From positions 1-55,451 of the forward strand of contig JAUCBJ010001623.1 of assembly GCA_032718475.1 (NCBI GenBank): a stretch of 55,451 nucleotides of DNA, written 5' to 3'. Of this stretch, positions 49,024-55,451 are shown piece by piece. Below the pieces are notes generated by a model, which had not been told where the DNA came from, searched no databases, and worked only from the letters and a program-made list of their open reading frames with translations. Made by a program: the position numbers and the translations under genes. Source of the DNA: Nemertoderma westbladi (Eukaryota; Animalia; Xenacoelomorpha). Numbering within the stretch: position 1 is the first letter of the stretch; every line of letters begins with the position of its first letter.

Positions 49024-51390
49024 ATGAACAACACCCCCAACAACACCACCAGCACAATCACCACCACCATCACTGTTTTAGAAGGGGATTTTTTAGAAGA
49101 ATTATTTTTAAAGGGTTCTGTGCCTTGCCGGCATGGAGTACAAATTGGATCAGAACCTACATTCGGTGGAATCCCTTGGATGTTACTCTTCAATTCGACG
49201 GCTTGGATAGTTCTTACGTTATTGTTCAGTTGGTTAAGGAATTTATGGAGGAAACGGCCAGATAATTGGTTATCTTTATACTATTTCGACCACGAAATGG
49301 CAATGGAGAGTGCAAAAGATAATGGAATATGCGGATGGATTCGGGACATAGTGACCATGTCCGATGACGCTCTGCTAAAACACCGTGGAGCGTCAGCAGT
49401 CCAGTACATGATGTTCCACCGGTATCTACTGGTTCTCTTGGGAATTTTCTCCTTCGTTTCTGTGGGGCTGATCCTACCAGTAAATTTTCTACACAGCGAT
49501 GACACCAGCACACTCTTCAGTCGAACAACTATAGACACAGTGGATTTCAGCCAAAGTATAATTTGGGTACACATTATCACTGTCTTTGTGTATGCGATCT
49601 TATTGGTTGTTGTAATGCGAATGCTTCAACATAAACTCATATTTGAAAACGATGATGTACTTGACGACAGGACTATATTTGTACAAAATTTGTCACCAGA
49701 GTGGCAAAGTGAAGACCGATTGCGACGATATTTTGAACGACAATACGGTGAAGGATGCGTTCATTCGATTCAATTGGTGTACAACGTAACCAAACTATAT
49801 GCAATAAATAAAAAACTAGAAAGTGCAACCAGCGCATATCGTTATTTTAGCGATGAGAATAAAGTGACAGATGAACGAGCGACGATAAAACCACGACTGT
49901 GGGGTTGCAAATTCGATGCCCTTCTATTATATGGTGAAGAAAAGAAAATTCTAACAGATGAGCTCAATGAGGAACGTGTGCGAACGCTAGAATATCCATT
50001 GGGTTTCAGCTTTATCACCTTTAAGTCCGATGCCACCGCAAAACTAGTCATTTTCAAATACTATAAGACCCATTGGATATACAAGGTATGTCACTCCTCA
50101 GAATTTTCTTGGAAGATATCCCGGGCAGCAGTTGGGAGGGACATATTTTGGGAGAACCTTCATGTGAACCCGACTGTGTGGTGGATTCGTTGCCTCACCA
50201 CTCACCTGTTATTTGGTATTTTCATCACTTTATTTTCGTCACCACCAGTTTTCCTCAGTGTGCTTGAACAAATAACACCCGTAGTTAGTAGTAACACAAA
50301 TGCTACGACTGGAAGTGACACAAACGCTCTAGATTTTGTCACAAATTATCTGCCAAGTATGATCTTATTTTTGTTCTCAGCGGCTACGCCACAACTTGTT
50401 TATATTTGTTGCGGATTGATAGGTTATTGGCGTAAATCCACATACAATAGGCATCTCATGAGAATGGGATACACTTATTTATTGTTTATGGTTGTCATAC
50501 TACCATCAAGTGGGATGACTACAGTTCTCAGCTTATTCTACTACTCAACAAAGTCTTTATCGAATCACTGGAAATGCGCATTCCTACCTAGTGGTGCAGC
50601 TTTCTACATTCAATATATCTTATTGAATACCTTCCTGGGCAATGCGGTTAGTTTGTTCCGTTTTAAGAAGTTGTGCCTACATGCCTTCAGGGTATGTATC
50701 TCTCGGAGCAATGCCGACTGGCGTGTAAAACAGAGGACCGGTCGCAAGGCATTTACGTACGGCATGAAATATGTTTGGTTGCTGATCCTGGTCACTGTAA
50801 CAGTCGTCTTCAGTGTCTTCTGCCCGCTGATTGTGCCATTGGGATTTCTATACGTTCTCATCCACATGTACACGCAAAAGTATCTCATTTGTTATGCCTA
50901 CAAACGAAGCAACTTTGGTGATGTTATTCATTATCAAGCTACTAGGTATATTATAGTTGCTGGAATGGTACAGATTTTAGCATTATTCGTCTTACTTAAT
51001 ATAAGACGCGACCCTGGCGAATACAAGGAAATCATGAATAGTTTGTGGGAACTTTCCCCTGGCGTTGTGATCTGTGGCATTGTCGTCATAATATTGGTTG
51101 GGTATGGAATGTCAAGTTATTGTAAATCAAGAGATATCAATAAGTGGTGCACTGAGAAAAAGGATGACTCAAACGGGCCCGAAGACGGGAATTTGCCAAC
51201 ATTTACACCCAAATGTATCTCCTACAAGCATAGCCCTGTCGAGGATTGTTCGGGTGATAAGAATACTATAGATTTACACACAATTCGTAATTCCGAGAAG
51301 ATTGAGACAACCTCACCTGCCGTACTTGTAGTGAGTAGTCCGAGTGCAGAGTCGAACGAAATGGTATTAAGTTGTGTGGAATGTCAGTAG
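49024..51390 (+). CDS. TMEM63: TMEM63/OSCA/CSC1-family channel, 788 aa, intronless CDS
   Basis: FGGIPWMLLFN, GASAVQYMMFHRY, LILPVNF, FSRTTI, GFSFITF, DIFWENL, FLPSGAAFYIQYI, CPLIVPLGFLY; multiple hydrophobic segments; possible 5'-UTR acceptor at 48880; AATAAA near 51462. Confidence 0.93.
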   Translation: MNNTPNNTTSTITTTITVLEGDFLEELFLKGSVPCRHGVQIGSEPTFGGIPWMLLFNSTAWIVLTLLFSWLRNLWRKRPDNWLSLYYFDHEMAMESAKDNGICGWIRDIVTMSDDALLKHRGASAVQYMMFHRYLLVLLGIFSFVSVGLILPVNFLHSDDTSTLFSRTTIDTVDFSQSIIWVHIITVFVYAILLVVVMRMLQHKLIFENDDVLDDRTIFVQNLSPEWQSEDRLRRYFERQYGEGCVHSIQLVYNVTKLYAINKKLESATSAYRYFSDENKVTDERATIKPRLWGCKFDALLLYGEEKKILTDELNEERVRTLEYPLGFSFITFKSDATAKLVIFKYYKTHWIYKVCHSSEFSWKISRAAVGRDIFWENLHVNPTVWWIRCLTTHLLFGIFITLFSSPPVFLSVLEQITPVVSSNTNATTGSDTNALDFVTNYLPSMILFLFSAATPQLVYICCGLIGYWRKSTYNRHLMRMGYTYLLFMVVILPSSGMTTVLSLFYYSTKSLSNHWKCAFLPSGAAFYIQYILLNTFLGNAVSLFRFKKLCLHAFRVCISRSNADWRVKQRTGRKAFTYGMKYVWLLILVTVTVVFSVFCPLIVPLGFLYVLIHMYTQKYLICYAYKRSNFGDVIHYQATRYIIVAGMVQILALFVLLNIRRDPGEYKEIMNSLWELSPGVVICGIVVIILVGYGMSSYCKSRDINKWCTEKKDDSNGPEDGNLPTFTPKCISYKHSPVEDCSGDKNTIDLHTIRNSEKIETTSPAVLVVSSPSAESNEMVLSCVECQ

Positions 51391-51655
51391 AGTATATGTA
51401 CTGTAATAATACTTTCCCTTTTACAAAATGCAACAAGCATTAATATAACAATGCAGTGTAAAATAAAACTGTAGCAATTTGACTGATCGATTTGGTCTAT
51501 TACATATTATACTATGCCATTTTTTAATCATCATACACCGAGCCTACTCTTTATATCCATCATGGGATGATTGAAACCTGGAATATATCATAGTAGTGGA
51601 GAGAAATCGAGACCTACAGCCCTATCTCATTCTAGAATGAGATAGTGACTGTGTA

Positions 51656-53093
51656 AGAAATGAAAACAAATAAGTTGGTGCCAGTTCCCAAGAAGGGCAA
51701 CCTAACACTCTATGGTTCTTTTCGGGGAATCTCATTGATCTCGATTGCTGCAAAGCTATACAATAGGATTCTATTAAATCGCATCAGGGATCCCATTGAG
51801 AGACTGCTCCGTGGAAATCAGAATGGGTTCCGTAAAGGTCGTGGGACCATGGAGCCCATTTTGGCACTTAGAAGGATAATTGAAGAGTTATCAAAAAAGA
51901 AAGACAGGCATCTGGCTGTTATCTTTGTTGACTTCTTCAAGGCCTTTGACTCAGTCTCTCGCTCACGTATGTTCAGCATACTTTCATTATATGGGATTCC
52001 TTATGAAATTATTGCAGCAATCAGATCAGTATACGATGGTTCGACAACATTTGTGTCTACTGTTGACGGTGACACAGAACCATTTGAAGTGTTATGGGGC
52101 GTCCTCCAAGGAGACACACTTGCACCATTCTTGTTCATTATTGTGGTTGACTATGTTCTACGCATGTCCTTAGATCATTATAATGATGATGGGGTGATGA
52201 TAACTCCACCTACTGGCTCCAGAAGTCGAGGAAATCCTGCCAAGTACCTAACTGATCTAGACTTTGCTGATGACTTAGGAGTACTCTCAGAATCACTAGA
52301 GGGAGCCCAACGGCTCCTCAGCTCATTAGAACATGCTGCTTCTAGTGTTGGTCTTTTTATTAACTCAAGAAAGACCAAAATTTTGACAGTTAACTTTGAA
52401 AGTCCTCAGCAAGTCTCTGATCGGATGAGCATATGCTCAAAAGATGGTATGCTTGAGCATGTGGATGACTTCTGTTACCTGGGATCATGGATCCGGAAGT
52501 CAGGCGAGGACCTTCGAATACGTAAGGGAAAGGCATGGGCAGCCTTGAATAGGCTTTCCAGGATTTGGAAGTCACCGAGAATTAATCGGACACTTAAGAT
52601 CCGATTATTTAGAGCAGCAGTAGTTCCAGTACTCCTCTATGGGAGTCCATGCTGGGCTCTAACTGCTGAGGACACCAAATCTCTGGATGGCACATTCACA
52701 AGAATGCTACGCCGGGTTCATTGTGTCAAGTGCAATGCACACATCTCCAACCAGACACTATATAACATTGGAGGTGTCTCATTGGTTCCCCCAAGCTAGA
52801 CACTAGAACAAAATCGCCTCCGCTTTGCAGGACATTGCTTTCGCCGTGAGGACCAGCCAGTGCATAATCTTGTACTTTGACAGCCTCATGGAGTGAATAA
52901 GCATGGTGGACAGCCCATGACTTTCTTGAGACGCATCTTAAAGGACACTGGCCTTAAAGATGCGGATGATCTAGCAAATGTCATGGGTGATAGGGAGTTG
53001 TGGCGGTGCAATTTTGTTGACAAGCCGGCACAGCATTCTTAAAAATGCAGCTGCAATGCAGCATGCCGATCCTAGTAGTAGTAGTAGTAGTAG
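51656..53093 (+). mobile_element. 5'-truncated RTE-type LINE (RT ORF 51660-52799, then premature stops), (TAG)n tail, 13-bp TSD
   Basis: QNGFR, FVDFFKAFDSV, GVLQGDTLAPFLF, LDFADDL, FCYLGS; TSD TAGTGACTGTGTA at 51643-51655 and 53094-53106. Confidence 0.95.
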
Positions 53094-53189
53094 TAGTGAC
53101 TGTGTATAGTTGAAAGAAAAGTTACCATTTAGGAGAAGGCGATTTATATAGTTACAATTCATTTAAATGGCAGAATAATATGCAATCGT

Positions 53190-53472
53190 ATGCATTAAAG
53201 TAAATAGATACTGAGGATCTGAGAATGACTGCAGATAAATATTGATGATAACTGTTCCACATTCACAGACAGCACTAAATAACACTTACTCCCACGGTTG
53301 AAAACTCCGCTACTACGTAACTTCCCAACCCTTCTTTCCCCAGCAGAATCCAGCCAGGTTCCCATATCGTAGGTAGGCGGAAGGTGGGCGAAATTTAACT
53401 GACCCGGCTAGTGATCAAACCCTGGATCTCCCAGCTAGAAGCAGTGTGAGTGACTTGACCATTCCATCAGCC
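53190..53472 (-). mobile_element. tRNA-derived SINE-like remnant
   Basis: Minus strand begins ...GGAATGGTCAAG...GATCCAGGGTTTGATCACTAGCCGGGTC (A/B-box-like), followed by a TGGGAACCTGG core-like motif. Confidence 0.45.
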
Positions 53473-53481
53473 TACTCGAAA

Positions 53482-55019
53482 TTACTACTAGGATCGGCAT
53501 GCTGTATTGCAGCTGCCGGTGAGCAACTGTCTACTAGCTATGCTACTTGGTTGCTCCCCGTTGCCCGAAATTACTATATATATATTATTGTTACTATATT
53601 TGTAAGCATAAAATAATAAATAAATAAAATATTATTTTAAATAAACCTAGATCGACCTCAGAAAAAATTCATATATTACTTTACCACTAGCTTTCGATAT
53701 AATATGTATATATTTTTCAAGTGTTGGAAACCAACTATTTCTTATCCCACGGCGGTTTCTTATATATTAAAGTAATATATCTTCCTACAATAATTTATAT
53801 TATTGTTACTATATGCTATATATTTTTTTTTTTTTTCGTATAGAGGCCGCTCGATGGCGCCATATATTAAAATAGGTTTGATTAAAATCATTATACATAA
53901 TACACACCAATATATAAAATACAAAATTTGGCATACAAATATAATATAATATATATTATATATATTATATAATAATATATACAAAATTAGGTAGTCAATA
54001 AAATATACATCCCCCCAGAAAATACACATAATCACTAGTATAGTTACAAATACAAGTTACCAATCCCGAATCAAATTTATTTATATATTTGAAAAATATA
54101 AACTGTACTATATAGGCTTGTAGTTGTTATTTTGTTATAACTATTGGAAAAAATAATTATACTTACTTACTTACTATACTTCCTGCTCATTATATATATA
54201 TATATATATATATACATATATATTAAGAATGCTGTGCCGGATTGTCGATAAAATTGCGCCGCCACAATTCCCTATCACCCATGACATTTGCTAGATCATC
54301 CGCATCTTCAAGGCCAGTGTCCTTTAAGATGCGTCTCAAGAAAGTCATGGGCTGTCCACCATGCTTATTCACTCCATGAGGCCGCCAAATCAGAAGATTA
54401 TGCATTGGCTCGTCCTCACGGCGAAAGCAATGTCCTGCAAAGCGGAGGCGGCTTTGTTCTAGTGTCAAGTCTTGGGGGAACCAATGAGACACCTCCAATG
54501 TTATATAGCGTCTGGTTGGAGATGTGTGCATTGTACTTGACACAGTGGACCCGATGTAGCATTTTTGTGAATGTGCCATCCAGAGATTTGGTATCCTCAG
54601 CAGTTAGAGCCCAGCATGGACTCCCATAGAGGAGTACTGGAACTACTGCTGCTCTAAATAATCGGACCGTAAGTATTCCGATGAATTCTATGTGACTTCC
54701 AAATCCTGGAAAGCCTATTCAAGCCTGCCCATGCCTTGCCCTTACCTATTCGAAGGTCCTTACCTGACTTCCGGATCCATGATCCCAGGAACAGAAGTCG
54801 TCACATGCTTCAGCATACCATCCTTTAAGTTTATGCTCATCCGATCAGCGACTTGCTGAAGATCAACTGTTATAAATTTGGTTTTTTTGAAGTTAATAAA
54901 AAAAACCAACACGAGAAGCAGCCTGTTCTAATGAGCTGAGAAGCCATTGGGCTCCCTCTAGTGATTCTGAGAGTACTCCTAAGTCATCAGCAAAGTCTAG
55001 ATCAGTTAGGTACTTGGCA
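53482..55019 (-). mobile_element. Older, diverged copy of the same RTE LINE; body 54223-55019, detached 3' tail 53482-53516
   Basis: Reverse complement of ~52237-53042 with indels; the 3' UTR and (TAG)n piece lie ~700 bp away across AT-rich DNA. Confidence 0.88.
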
Positions 55020-55451
55020 GTAATGAAGAGAATTAGGAATAAACTAAACGGCAATATAAAAAGTTTATTTGTTTAATGGCACAGGTATTATATTATTAAT
55101 AATTTATTTATTTAATGTATCTAAAGCTGCAACCGTAAACCACGATGCAAAGTTGGGAATTTTCGACCCTTGGATTTTTATAGGGTAGAAAAATAATGTA
55201 TCCTTTCCTTTTCCCACAATCTATGGCTATGGCTGTAAATGCTAAAGGTAAAACATCAAGCACAAGCTACGGGGGATATCACTAGTACTATTAATTACTA
55301 TATCACTGTTATTTGTGTCCAATTTCCCCTGGAAAGGGATGAATTTTTATTGCGTCCAGTTTCCCCCCCCCCCCCCCCCCCCCCGTTCTATCAGCCATCC
55401 ATAGGCAGATAGGGAGGGCTGTTCGGCTGTACTGATGTCGGTTGTGGGGCG

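Overview
AT-rich, repeat-dense nuclear DNA from a metazoan, probably an invertebrate (inferred from GT-AG introns and animal-type genes; the taxon cannot be fixed from the sequence). Three genes look complete: a two-exon, bacterial-like enolase-superfamily enzyme (HpbD / cis-3-hydroxyproline dehydratase type, 368 aa), a two-exon Sp6-9 zinc-finger transcription factor, and an intronless TMEM63/OSCA channel. Three genes are present only as 3' exons: UPF1, a very large inducible GTPase (GVIN1/URGCP-like) and a C12orf56-like gene. Mobile DNA includes a decayed Ty3/gypsy element with TSD, tRNA-Trp PBS and a -1 frameshift pseudoknot. A Helitron/Helentron-like insertion inside it carries an ALDH3 gene fragment. 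There is also a nearly intact BEL/Pao element without a TSD, several RTE-type LINE copies with (TAG)n tails, MITE/foldback elements, SINE-like remnants and four minisatellites. The most unusual object is a 198-bp element at 44757-44954. In it, perfect 36-bp inverted repeats enclose a tRNA-like Pol III A/B-box cassette whose anticodon region is replaced by a minimal type I hammerhead ribozyme. All family assignments come from motif recognition by eye; no database search was run.
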